NCBI RefSeq assembly: GCF_001194135.2
Contig: NC_068984.1
Coordinates: 29,069,681 to 29,133,680, forward strand
Origin: Octopus bimaculoides
Taxonomy: Eukaryota
Direction of reading: 5' to 3'
DNA: 64,000 bases
Shown one piece after another: positions 25,671-40,229 of the stretch; the stretch's first letter is position 1, and the number at the start of each line of letters is the position of its first letter. Made by a program: the position numbers and the translations under genes. The notes beneath the pieces were generated by a model. It was not told where the DNA came from, did not search any database, and worked only from the letters and a program-made list of their open reading frames with translations.

Positions 25671-26649
25671 CCTATCAACCTTTATGTAATTTCATATTAT
25701 GAAATTACATAAAGATAAAAAGTGTCCTTTGAATAATTTCTTGCTCTTTGGATAATTTGATTTAGTCTACTCAAAATATTATTCTTATGAAGTCAAATAA
25801 TTGTTCTAAATATAAAGAAGGAATATGAAGTCAAATTTATGACAGAAAGTTATGATATCAGAACTTCATTTGAAATATGGATGAGAATATAAAAGTATGA
25901 ATTACAAGAATTACAGTAATAAAGGTTAGAATATTGGCTCATTTATTATAAAAGACAGTCTAGGTTAGTGAAAATATAATAACAGCTATATAACAAATAT
26001 ACAAGGTATCAAAAACAATGTAAATATGGTTTTAAATATTCCATTTCTCATCAGAATTGTTCGAATATGGAATGTTTAAACTTCTGATTTCAATGTAGGA
26101 CTTGAAAATATTGATCAATAGCATTCTGTGATCTAAACCACTACCCATGTACACAATTAGTAATCAATGTAAAGATGGTATGTTATCTTCTCTATGCTAT
26201 ATTGTTTCTGCTGTGAAAATACTGATAAAATACACTTTCCCTTCTCTGCACATCATATTACATTATTTATATCAATGACATTCATTGTCTACAAAATCAT
26301 GATCAATAGCTAAAACCATAACATCCTCTCCATTCAAAAGTTCTATCAATATTTCTGACAGATCACTGCTGAACTAGGTTCTAAATAAAACTGTCTCACT
26401 AGAAGGTGATGTCACAGCAATTGGACTGAACAGTAAACAGTCTCGAGTTCAAATAAAATGCCAGAATATCGAGATCATGAAAAGCATTTTAATATATTGA
26501 ATTGATTTAAATATAATAATTTATGAAGTTTACCTTATTTTCATTTGATTTTGATTTTATGTTTCCCTAAACTATAATATTTGGATATTTTGTTATTCAA
26601 TTATAGCTGGCATGATAATAATGAAAGATAGCTTAAATAATTGGATATT

Positions 26650-26875
26650 TCAGGCACAATCCAATGGTTAAAAAGTTTGCAGTATAACAATGTTGCCCAA
26701 GATTTAATTCCTATGCAAGGCACCATTAGTAATTGTCTTTAACTAAAGAGTTGGGTTGAACAATGCCTTATAATTTCAATTGGAGGAGGAATATATTGAT
26801 TAAGGTACTTGATTATGCATTGTATCAACCTTGCATGGTTGAAAGGCAAAGTTGAACTAGACAGGATTTAAACAC
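26650..26875. mobile_element. Highly degraded SINE remnants (B-like head on +, A-like core on -)
   Basis: AATGGTTAAAAAGTTTG..GCAAGGCACC and AAGGTACTTG..GAAAGGCAAAGTTGAAC..GGATTTAAAC. Confidence 0.5.
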
Positions 26876-27837
26876 AATAACAAATATTGATAAAATTTCT
26901 TTAAAGTATAATATACACATCTTTAACATAGAAACACTTTCTGCCCATACTAACCTTGCTATATATATGCATATATGCTTAGATATAAATTTTTTTATTT
27001 AAAACATTCTGAAAAAAAATTATTTATTCAAAACATTCTGAAATATTACAGAAATAAAGAAAATGAAGTTTTATAGATTAAAAGCTTCTGATCACCAACA
27101 ATTAAAAAATGTGAAAAAGAATAATAAATAGCAAGACAGGCACTGCAATTCACACATGGAAGCAAATTCTCTCAAAGTTGTTATATAGACACTAATTTTT
27201 AATTAATGTGTCTGTGCCTAAAGTGTGGATTTTAACAAGAAATAATTTGATAAAAGAACTAAACATTGAGAAAAGACAGCTGAACTAAAGGAAATACTTT
27301 GGCTTTTACAAGAAAAATATTTTAAATGTGGTGTTTGTATTCTGATAAGATGGATTGAATTTCAAGTCAAAATATATTTGACAGCTTTGTAATTCTATCA
27401 ATTGCAAATTACTAAGTTCTGACATAAACATTTTCATTTTAAACAAACTTTTTGTTTGATATATTTTAATTTCAGTTTGAAATTAAAAAATTTTACTAAG
27501 ATTTAGAGTCAGTAATTTTAACTTGTTCTTTAAGTGATTTTCTTTTTTTTTGTATTTTTTCTTGTTAACAGATGACTCATAAAAACTAAACTTAGATTTT
27601 GAGAACATGTTTATGCAATTTAATAAATATAAGCCTCAACGAGAGTATCATCTGAAGTAAATTAATTTTTTATATACCCAAATATACCAATCAACTTATA
27701 CTTTTTAAGTAAAAGAGATGAACAGCTGCAAATAACACTAATAGGGTTATGAAATGTTAAATAAATTTAAGAATTAACAGATTGGTTTGAACTCGAATTC
27801 ATATTAAAATGGAAAAATTTGTATCACATTCATTTAA

Positions 27838-28059
27838 CATTTTCATCACTGAATTCCTGTTAAAATACATAGCCTTTGTTTTAATTAATTTTGGTAATAA
27901 TGAAGAATTTAGTAAAATAACTTTATCATTATTAAACTGTAATTTGGATCATAAATAAATATGAAATTTTTATGGAAGGTTTTAATTTAATTTAATTTAA
28001 AATATGAAATTTGTATCATAGATCCATGAGCAGTCTTGAGCAGTTTGGTATCAAAAGCG
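27838..28059. mobile_element. Older piggyBac-type MITE
   Basis: TTAA on both sides (27834-27837, 28060-28063); decayed ends CATTTTCATCAC / GGTATCAAAAGCG; ~220 bp like 12823-13042. Confidence 0.55.
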
Positions 28060-29557
28060 TTAAATGTTGTTCACCGAAACATTCAAGAACAAAACCAGCA
28101 TATGCTGTACAATAGAATTATTCTGGTAAGCACCCAAGTACCATCTATAAGCAACAGCCAGAAGGCTTTGTGTTTTTAGAATGGAGTTTCACTTTTCTGT
28201 GTAGTATTTTTGCATCCTTCACAGATATCTTCTTAACATTCTGATTGCACTCTACCCAGTATACTTGTTGAATTTTCTCTGTTTTAGAGGATGGAAGAAC
28301 ACTGTTTTTCTCCATTTCAAATTTCTTGTATAGCTGTGGTCTATACATAGCTTTGAACTTTAAATTCATTAATAATATGAATGCTGTATATTAGTTATAC
28401 TGACGTCATGTACAAGATATCAAAACAATCATTTAGAGATGACAAAAAAGAAACACTACAAAACACTTAACTTCAGTTCAATTTGAACTTTCATTCTTAG
28501 CATTACAATGTGGAAAAAATAAGATGATGGGGGGAAAAACCTTATCATAAATATATTAGGGAATAATAAACTTTAACTTTATTTGAACTATCACCCTATG
28601 TTTAAAATTGGAAGATGAATAATTACTTGCACTTCCCACCTCACTCTCACACACAGAAAAAAACATGAACTATTCTTCTAACAGAAGGTGGCTGAAGAAT
28701 GAAAGTTACTTAAGATGTGAATGATACAAGAAATACTGGATCACACTTTTTCTAATGTTAATCATTTTGAAGTTAGATTGTTACTAGTCCCAGTTAATAC
28801 TCAAATGAATGCACAAAAAGCTGAAAACAGGCAATAAAAATATATGGAAAGTAATACTGAGGTGCAATATTAATATTCTGAATTATATGTAAGCACTTTT
28901 GTAGCATCTATGTACTGACTATAAAACTAGTTATAGTTGTTTCAAAAGAAAATATACTGGAAAAATGTTTCAAAGGAAATTACATAAAATTATTTCCAAA
29001 TGATTACATACAAAGATAGTCCAAATTAATTTTTCTTTCCTATCTTCCTAAATATATCAAGTAAAAAATACCTCCCCACTCTAATATAGCGTAAATTATT
29101 AGTAAAAAGCCTTTTTAAGTTATTAGTCAGAGTATTCAAAACAATATTTGCAAGTAAAGTGACTATTGTTCTGCTGTCTGAAATAAAACATATCTTAAGT
29201 GTTTATCTTCTACGACAACAGGATGTTTTGGGTACATTTAGCACTTACTTTTAGCAGGATATACTCTTTGGATGTATTCTAATTCAATACATGTTTATGT
29301 TTATTTGAATGGTAAAAATTTATGGTGGAAAAGTTTTGAATATTATTTTGTTGAATATCTTAAATAAAGTACCCTTTTACATGTTAAATTTACCCCTTGT
29401 CTATTGTAAGAAATATTAATTCTTTGACTTATCAAGTACAAGGTATGTATTAGATAGGGACCAAAGTTACAAATTAAGTACATCTTCATCCTGATCGTAA
29501 TGATTTTAACACAGTTTTCTATGCTAATATAGGCTGGCTGGATCTTCAGATGATATT

Positions 29558-29751
29558 ACTCTTTATTTGTTTCAGCCATTTGACTGCAACCATGCTGGAG
29601 CATCACCTTTAGTCAAACAAATCAACTTCAGGACATTTTGTTTGTAAGCCTAGTACTTATACTATCAGTCTCTTTTGCAAACCACTAAGTAACAAATATG
29701 TAAACACACCAGCATTGATTGTCAAACGATGGTGGGGGGGGGGGAGACACA

Positions 29752-29789
<38 letters not shown>

Positions 29790-29949
29790 GGGCTTCTTTC
29801 AGTTTCCATCTATCAAATCCATTCACAAGGCTTCGGTCAGCCCAAGGCTATAGTAGGAGACACTTGACTGAGGTGTCACACAGTGGGAATGAACCTGGAA
29901 CCATTTGGTAGGTAAGCAAGCTACTTACCACACAGCCACTCATGCGCCT
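29558..29949 (-). mobile_element. Composite B+(CA)n+C SINE
   Basis: Colinear with 23899-24283. Confidence 0.9.
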
Positions 29950-31019
29950 ATGTAATATCATCACTTCTTTAAAATACTGTGGTATATATTTTATGTATTC
30001 AAAGATTTAATCTAACTACAATTTCCCATTTTTCACTAATTTTTCATGAATACTTTCTACTGTCAGTACATATCACTTTACACATCTATATGAATACTGT
30101 CTTCTTTTCTCCTTACTCTGATCCCTGTTATATGCAATCAAAGTATCACAATTTCTTTCCTGCCTCCTCAAATCCTTACATTCAATGTCTATGTTTCACT
30201 ACTATGTAGTACATTATGTATATAGTGACCATACAATTTATATGATGACGTGTCCCTTAAAATAGCCAAAGAATATTCCACCAATATGTCACAAGTTTTA
30301 GCATAGATTGTATCCTAATCCAAATAAGCATTCCTGGGCAGTCTGCTACTTTTCATCTTAATATTATTCATGCTAGATATACAACTGAATAATTATTATA
30401 TTGTTAGCAAAGAGAGGTCGATGATTTGAATAAGATCATTGTTGTTCTATAAAATTGAAAATAAGAAGAAGAATAAGACAAATAAAGAAAGTGTCTCTAA
30501 AAATTATCATTTTGGAAATGACTAAGGAAACCAGAACAATAATTATTCAATGATTAAGCTTGTGTTCAATATTATTTTTTTCAAATTCTTTTTACATGAG
30601 TTAAAAGTATAAAGATTAGAATTCTAATATTATGTTCTCATTTTTACATGCTATAGATGATATAAATTTATTAGATAAAATATTGTTGAAGCTCTTTTAC
30701 AACAATAACATGAAGCAATTCCCATTTCAGTGTTACAGATGCTGTCTTTAAACAATGAAATTTAATTCAGGCCACGTACTTTTTTTTTTCTTTTTAGAAG
30801 AAGAAGAAAGAAGAAAAATAGCAAAGTTGTTTCTATTCACACACCAAGAAGTAGAGAGGAAAAGAAATACATTATGGAAAAGCATTCTAAAAATTCACCA
30901 AATATTGGCTTTGCCAAGCGATCAAATAGTGAAGTTATGTAGTTTCATAGAAATAAATTAATAGATATAGAGAAGAAAAAGAAAAAAAATGATTCCATTT
31001 CTTAAAAAGAAGTTACACA

Positions 31020-31082
31020 TACATAAACATATGTATGTATGTATGTATATTTATGTGTGTGTATATACATACATACATATAT

Positions 31083-31120
<38 letters not shown>

Positions 31121-31121
31121 G
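31020..31121. repeat. Compound (TA)/(TG)/(CA) microsatellite
   Basis: Direct reading. Confidence 0.9.
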
Positions 31122-34035
31122 GAGACAAAAGAAGAAAAGAAACAATTGAAATACAGAAATGCTATAGGAATAAAGAAACATTAAGTTGTCTACTTTCTGT
31201 CAACAACCACTTAACAGTGAAACAGGGTAACTACATGTCAAAACTACTAGATATAAATCCTTTTAATAGAAATAATCTTTTGCTAAGATTCTTCAAACCT
31301 TTCTATTCCAGCCCTTAAATATATTGAAAAGGAGAGAAAAGACAGATGCAGTAAAGATGAATACAAATGTACAAAATAAGAAGTTATATGACTTATGGAA
31401 AGGAGACAAGTGTTAGATAAGTAATAGTTTGTTTTGTTGTTATTGATGCTATTACTGACATTGTCTTTAAACATCATCATCATCATCAATATTATCCCTT
31501 CATAGACATTGTTATCTTATGTATTTAACATCAACTAATTTCAGCATGAGTGAGATTACAAGGAATGCAATTTTCATTAAAAACATTCAGAAATATTTCC
31601 ATTGTTAGTTGAAATAAATGTTGTCATGTCAATTTTTAAGATGTCTGATAAGAACACGGAAAAGAAACTTCTATAAAACTATGCTTCTTTATAGTCCATT
31701 TGAGTACATATGGAAACAGACTTGTCACAACTTAAATCTTAAAAGATTGGTACTTAGTTATATACAAGATGTGGTGGGTCGTTTTCTTTTCTTTATGTAT
31801 AAAGTATTTTGCTTGCAACTCCACCAATCTTCATATTTATTTTTATGAGGTATGCAGTTAGCGTTAATATTTATGTAACTAAAGGTTATATGAGGAAACA
31901 AAGCATTTTTATAGAGACTTTGTTATGCCATACAATTTTCAATAATAAGACCGTTCAACACCTTAGAAGCTACTCATGAGTGTGGCTACTCATCAAAGGG
32001 AATGAGGAGACAGTCAACTAAATCCTGAGAGTAACACAGGGATTCAATGGACTATGGCCAGTTCTGACTTTGGCCTAAGAGATTGGTTATGTAGGAGTTT
32101 AAGTTATAAACAAAATAAACCATTTATTTAGTTACCAGTCTGTTTAGGAGGAAAGTGAAATGCAGTGAATATTGGCCACTGAGTTAAAGGCTTTAGAGTA
32201 TGTTAGGTGAGGACTACATAAACTCTCACATACACTTAAATGTATCTTAGGGCTAGAGATGCAATTAAGTGGCACATTGTGATTTCAAATCAAGGACAAT
32301 AAAAGGAAAACAAAACCCTTGAACATCATACACTTTATAGAAGCATGTTATAACTTGTCATCTTATCTCTTCAACTCTTTTGGCCTCAAACACACAATAA
32401 CAATCTCAGTTACATAACAATCTCAGGAAAACCAACTCTGCCATTATTAAGATACATTTACTACTAAAAAACATTTGCCTAGTTTTCATGAAACTTAATA
32501 TTCTGTCATTTCAATATCCAACAAGAAAACAGTAACACTAGAAAAAAACATCATACTGCTGAAAACTTCCAGGCTTTGAGTAAAAGAAAGTACAGGAGGA
32601 TCAGTTAATTATGATTTTATTCAACCTATTTTCCTCTTAGATTCACACACTTAGATTCAGCGGTCCTTCAGTTTTCCCTAGGAAAACTGAAGAACCATTG
32701 CAATAAGTAAAAGAACTCAGAAGGTTGGGCCTCCAACCAGGCCTTTTACTTGACCCTTAAAGCCAGGAACTTCTCAGCACCCCCTTGTACAGTCCAGTTT
32801 ATGTGAAATGCAGCAAGAACAAAACTAAATCTTGGTTACTATTTAATTTTCTTGATATACTACAATAAGTTTTAATAATTTTCCACCAAAATCACTTGTA
32901 ATTAATAGGAGTATTTCAAAAGACATGGGTGGCATATTGGAATATGGAAAACTGCTAGTTCTAGAGTAGTGAGGATGGTAATCGAGTTATTTCACAACTG
33001 CTATTCTCTCTGGAAAACCAACAATTTTAGTAGGTTAATGTGGCTTTAACCTTCATATTATAAGAACCCATGGTTAATCTCTAAGAAATGTTCATGGACG
33101 ATATCAATACTGTTGTGTCAAGTACAGAGAGACAAGTTTAACAGAATTTTATTCCTCACATAAGTTGTAGTATGAAAATATTTTGCCATTTAGCTGAACA
33201 TTTCAAGGGCAAGAATATCTATGTATTTCTATAATATAAGCATTCACTGTGAAATCAAAGTTTTCATTTAATTTTTTAGTAACTCTGTATTCATTTATGC
33301 TTTAATCCGAAAGTGAAATACTTTTCTAGCATAAAATATGCACTAGAAGCAGAACTTTCTCTACCAAACTTTCATCAGAAGTAGCAAACAATCCTGTAAG
33401 TATTGGAAAAGTTATGCACCAAAATAATATTCTTAGAAAATTAGTATTGGTGCCATTGCTATACTTAGTCCTTATGTTTTACAACAATATGTTGAGTATT
33501 TCATATTGATAGGTTTATGAAGACTTATAATTAATCAGGCAAGTTCACATTGTAAATACTACAAATGACGATATATATTCTATTTTGCTTTTAAAAAAAA
33601 TCACTGAAATTGTACTTTTTCAGTGACAAAATGAAATTTACTTGTTTAAAACTATAAATCATGCTATTTATTCTGTAAGCTAAGGGAAGTAAATTTAACT
33701 CTAAAACACAACACTGACAGAAAAATAGGTGTATTTAACCTCAAGGATAAAGAATTTTCAAAATTAAATTAAGTTGCAGAAACAAACACAAAATTGAGTT
33801 GGTCAAAGTGAAATAAATCGTTTTAAGATATTCACACTGTTACATGGCAGTCATGTGCTACACAGATGAAGCTTATGCAGAAACTTATATAATCATTATC
33901 TAAATGCAAATCCAAGTCTTAGAATGGAGACCAGCATGAGAAAAGTATGAATTTAATGTGAATTTTGCAAGTTATAATTTCTTCCTAAAAATACAAAACA
34001 TGACCATTCATTTAAAGAAAATGAAAAATACTCAC

Positions 34036-34082
34036 GTCACTGTAGAAGTCAAATTTGATGAAATATAAGAAAGAATATTTAC
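34036..34082 (-). other. Candidate 47-nt internal exon or recursive-splice exon of an unidentified gene
   Basis: Minus strand: TTTTTTTTCTCTCTGCAG|GTAAATATTC...CAGTGAC|GTGAGT. Two frames are open (VNILSYISSNLTSTV or KYSFLYFIKFDFYSD). No partner exons were identified. Confidence 0.35.
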
Positions 34083-34120
34083 CTGCAGAGAGAAAAAAAA
34101 CATATTGATAGATTTACAAA

Positions 34121-35175
<1,055 letters not shown>

Positions 35176-35269
35176 TGCTTACTACCTTCATATTATTATT
35201 ATTATTATTACTACTACTACTACTACTACTACTGCTATTGATATTATTAAAAGTAATAATAATAATCTG

Positions 35270-35830
35270 GAAATTATTAATTGGCCTCACAGCAGATGAA
35301 TTCCTGGAAAGGAAGAATCTATTACCAGAAGACCAAACTGGATATAGAAAGGATGTAAGAGGAGCTACTAATCTGTTGTATATTGATAGCATGATATTAA
35401 GAGAGGTACAGATAAGAACTTTGCTGTTCGCTGGATAGACAAGAAAGCCAACAATAATATTCCATGTTATTGGCTTTTGGAGTGCCTGAGGATATTTGGG
35501 GGCAATGAGACGATTAACAGGTTTTTAGAAAAAGCTATGAAATCATGGGAAGTGGAATTAATATGCAGAAATGAACCATCAGAAAATGTGGAATTCCTCA
35601 GGATAAAAATCCAAGGAGACTCATTCTCTCCATTACTTTTCACCATTGATTTAATTCTTCTGGCAAGCATAGTGAGAAAATCTAGGTCTGCTTATAAGTT
35701 TGTCAAAACCAGAGTGTAAATATATCACTGATGACTTCAATTTATATATGAAAACTATAAAAGACCCAGATTCTCTGAGCTAAACAGTAAAAATAAGGTT
35801 ATTGGTATGAAGTTTGGGGTAAATAAGACT
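35270..35830 (+). pseudogene. R4/Dong-type non-LTR retrotransposon RT fragment
   Basis: KNLLPEDQTGYRKDVRGATNLLYIDSMILREV, then ECLRIFGG..INRFLEKAMKSWEVEL..IQGDSFSPLLF..ASIVRKSRSAYKF: RT motifs with frameshifts. Confidence 0.85.
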
Positions 35831-38800
35831 TTAATTTGCTACATACAATACATAAACAATTCAAATTCAAAGTGAAACTGATCTCAAATTTTCACTTCCA
35901 GAACTGTTAATATAAACAAACCAAGAGTTAGGATACCAGGCACATATCACTTATCTAAGAGTAAATTTGTTATTCACAATATATGGATATCTCTTCCAGT
36001 CATACAAAATATATCTTTTGCTAAAACATTTCTTTTCTAATAACGGGCATCTACTAACAAACATTTTCCTTTAGATTTTTTTTTCATTACAAGAAACTAT
36101 AACTTCATCTTGTTCCTATGATTGTAACAATAATGTCCAAATTATTCAAAGAATGCATGTACAATATAGCAAGAATGACTGTGATGATATACTTTTTCTG
36201 CAATCTAAATCTTATATTGACTTTTGCATTCAACTACCTGTACTATAAAAAATTCTTTCAGTTACACATTACGTTGTCATTAGAAACTGATACTTTACAT
36301 TTATGAATGCAACTACATACTACACTTTGAATGAATCAGGTTATGCTTTTTACAATAAAATGAAGTTTAAATATTCACATTCCATTTGTTATAAAATCAA
36401 ATAAATCACTGAATGAAAAATAGATGTTTATATTTTTGTGAGAGAGCAAGACGGGTAGGAAAGGTGACAACAAAAATGAGAAGACAGAGAAAAAAAGAGT
36501 TTATCTAATTTCTGAAACAACAGAAAAAAGCTGAAGAGATTTACAAATTTGGAATTTAAATATTTGATCAAGCTAAACAGTAATGGGACCATAAAGTTGG
36601 CTAAGTACAGCCTGTCTTTAAAAACAAATTAAAAAAAAATTCACTTTGTTGACTTAATGAAGAGAATTAAATATTCTTTTATGAGATAAGGAATAAAACT
36701 CCCCTATGATATATGACAAAGAACCAATATAAAAAATGTCAGGTAAAAATAAATTAAATCAAATAAAAGCTGACACTAGAATTATTTAAATTCACACTCA
36801 ATTCTTAATAGTTTCTTCATTTCAAAATGTTATTAACACTAGTGCTGCTGCTGCCATTGCTGCTACTACTACTACTACTACTGTTACTGTTTCATTATTT
36901 GAATTATTCTATATTCATTTTTTCATTTTTAAAAATCTATATTATTACAGTTTGGACAAAGCTATTAACTCTTCTGGGACATTAAGAAGTGATTGAAAAT
37001 TAAGTTAATAGCATAAATATTTTAAACTCTTTTTCTAATCCTTTTAATGTGTTAAATGATACTTTTTGATATCAAGTAAAACTTTTATAGTAAAAGAACA
37101 AGCAACAATAATGATGTTAATACATTTTTAAAATATTGTTTTTTTTTAATCACATTCTAAAGGAACATCTAACAACCAATGTTTCCAAGTGTCTACTAAA
37201 ATCCAATGCGATGCAGATATATTTATAAAAAGGAACTGTACTATAGATCTATGTTAAAGATATCCAGAATGTGCTAAAATGGAAAACTAAATTAATGTCA
37301 TGTGTATCGCAGTTTCAGAATAGGCATTCTGCATCTCTGCATTTTGTAGGACTTAGTTGAAAGCTTTGGCAACAGGAGGCGCATCCAACCACAAAAACTT
37401 TAAAAAACTAACCCCACCTGTGCCATACTGCTGATGAATACCCATAATAATTCCAATGAGAATAATAAATAAAAGTGGAATAGACCAAAGCAAATACATA
37501 ACTATTATTAAAAAAAAAAAAAAAAATAGGTACAGAAAAGGGAAAAATATTCAGAATATAAACTACATTTAGATACTATACACCTTAACTGCCACAGATT
37601 GCTACTGGAACTTACTAGTGATGCCACATATTTCCAGTCACACTGCATATTGTTTAATTACAATGAAATATAACAGTTTGGCATAACTTTAATATTTAGC
37701 ATTCACGTTATTTAGATAGTCTCAAAACAATATCAAATGTATAGAATGAAATATTTTCTCAAATTATGAAAATGTGCCACCAGTAGTGCATTTGACAATT
37801 GTGTGAAGTTTGTGATGAACTGCTGATGGTACATGTGGCAGTTAATGTGTTAAAAAACTGACTAGAATAAATTATGCAGTGAGAAAAAAAAAAAAAACAA
37901 TGCTGGTCATTGACTAGTATTTTTTTGAGCTTTACAGCAACAAGTACAAGAGATGACTTCAGACATGTTTCAGCCATACCAGACCACTCTCCATGAAATG
38001 AAGTTTGCAACTTCATTGCACTTATCAAATTAGTAATGAAATCATTAAATAAATGGACAGCAATGTACACTTGTAGATGTAGTAAAGAAGAAATACTCAT
38101 CAGATTACACTTAAAAAGCAAAGTGGAAATAAATAATTTGTCTTAAATTCTTATTCTTCAGAATAAGAATTTAAGGCTCTTGAGATAAATTTAACATACC
38201 AGAACCTTCTAATGAAACTAAATTTATTCACACATTCATTATAGGTACTATGTTTGAGTACTAGAGTTTATTACAAGTTGCTACTTGTGGGTTTTAATTC
38301 ATGTTATAGAATAGATTTTGTGATAGCCATTTTGATTTAGTAAATTGTCAGATAACCTTTCTGCAACTTTCCTCTTAGTAAGTTTCGTTTCAATGTTAAA
38401 CAAAATCTGCTAATTTGCAACTAATTGGATCATTGCACCATGGAAGAAGATTTTTTTTTGTTTTCTTTTTCATAGTTGTTAAAATGTGAAAAATTGAAGA
38501 ATTTGTGAGTGATAATAGATCTACATTTCATTTTTATAATAAGCCACTTCTTCAGAATCAACGTGGAAAATATTAAGGAGTAATAAGAATTTTCCTAATG
38601 ACTAAACTGCATGATAAGAAGAATTAACAAGAGCAATTATGAACAGGTAGTTTTTGAGATAAACAATCTCAATCTCAAGTTATTTTCAAAAGCATTCTCA
38701 TCAAACACAATTATTTTCTTATGGTAAGAATCAACAGAATATTTTATTTACTCCATCGTGTTTTTGTGGCTGAAATGTTTGGCAAGCTGACAAAAGAAAG

Positions 38801-39205
38801 ATGTTCAAGATATTCTGTATAGAAATTCAGACAGTTTTATAGGAATTTTATCAAGTTTCACGAGAAATTAGATTCTCATCATATGTTCCAATGACTTCCT
38901 TCAAAACAATGTCAACATTTTGAGCTGCTTGATCAACTCAAATTAGTTTCTACCATTCAGAATGATTGATTTATGAGTTACCTCCCATAAGCTAAGAGTA
39001 AATAGCAAACTTGAGTTTTCTGGCTGCTTAGTTTCTGTTAATTATCTTATCATAAACCTATCTTTTGAGTCAATACTTTTCTGGTGAGTAATAAATAAAA
39101 ACAAAATGTTCACCTTATTCAGATAGTAATAACATGCTTTTCAAAGCATGTTATTACTGTTTCAAAGGACTCTTATCCATCCCAGTTAATATTATGAGAT
39201 AATCA

Positions 39206-39418
39206 AGTTGGTGAATTGGCAGAATTGTTAGCACACTGGGCAAAATGTTTGGTGATGTTTTGTCTGTCTTAATATTCCGAGTTCACATCCTACTGAGGTT
39301 AACTTTGCCTCTCATCCTTTTGAGATTGATAAAATAGGTACCAGTTGAGCACCAGGGTCAATGTAATCAACTTACCCTCTCGTTCAGAATTGTTGGCCTT
39401 GTACCAAAATTTGAAACC
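39206..39418 (+). mobile_element. Family A SINE with degenerate 16-bp TSD
   Basis: Core ACTTTGCCTCTCATCCTTTTGAGATTGATAAAATAGGTACC; flanks AATATTATGAGATAAT / AATATTATGGGATGAT. Confidence 0.85.
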
Positions 39419-40229
39419 AATATTATGGGATGATTATGCATATATCTTCAACAGCTTATTGAAGTCAGCTATGTAAATTAAAATAAATAGATACCTGCCT
39501 AAGTACATGCCCAAATGCCAGTTGTGTTTGAATTCAATCTTTTCCAGTTGATAGTCGTATCCATGAACTATTTTGATCCTACATGCCATTATTTGAAAAG
39601 AATACTATCACTTCTACATGCATGTGTGAACATGCAATGTACATATGGGACAATATGAACTTGATTTATTTCTAAAGGACTGGAAAAGACTACTAACTTT
39701 ACAGAAAAACTAAATAAGTGGAGGAATGAGAATGTTGAGATTTTTATATTTGAAATGCTAATGTTTGGGGTGGGGGGTGGGGAGGGATAGACAGGAATGC
39801 TAACACAATATGATTTAGGAAGGAATAGTAGTACAAATAGTTTTTACTGTAGAGGTGTAAATATGGATGGTAAATATACAAAAGTAGATACAAATAATAT
39901 ATTTGAAATGTGAGAGGGTGACACCAGATGGTTTTAAAGAAAAGACACTAAGTCATAAACACACAAAGGTATATATAGCATTGATATGAGCAAAAATTTA
40001 CAGTGTTTATAAGCTGAATGTAAGTCAATTCAGAATGTGTGTTATATATTGATATAAGACAGCTGAATGGAGAAGGAATTGAATATTAGCTCATAACTTC
40101 TATGCATGTTTCCATATACTAGGTAGTAAAAAAGAAATACTAGGAGCTGAATAGCAGATTTTCAGAACAGAAACCACCTTCTTTATAGAAGTATTTCAGC
40201 CCTTGACTCCTTACACTCTAAGGGTACCA

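Noticed and set aside
29072-29177. Open 106-nt minus-strand candidate exon
   Set aside because: Weak donor, AT-rich peptide of no known family, and it cannot be chained in phase.
33333-33397. Plus-strand candidate exon ending at GTAAGT; similar 29-nt candidate at 38476-38504
   Set aside because: Short and unrecognisable, and candidates occur on both strands at background-like frequency.
37759-38121. 120-aa minus-strand ORF
   Set aside because: No motif, crosses a poly-A run, and no credible splice sites.
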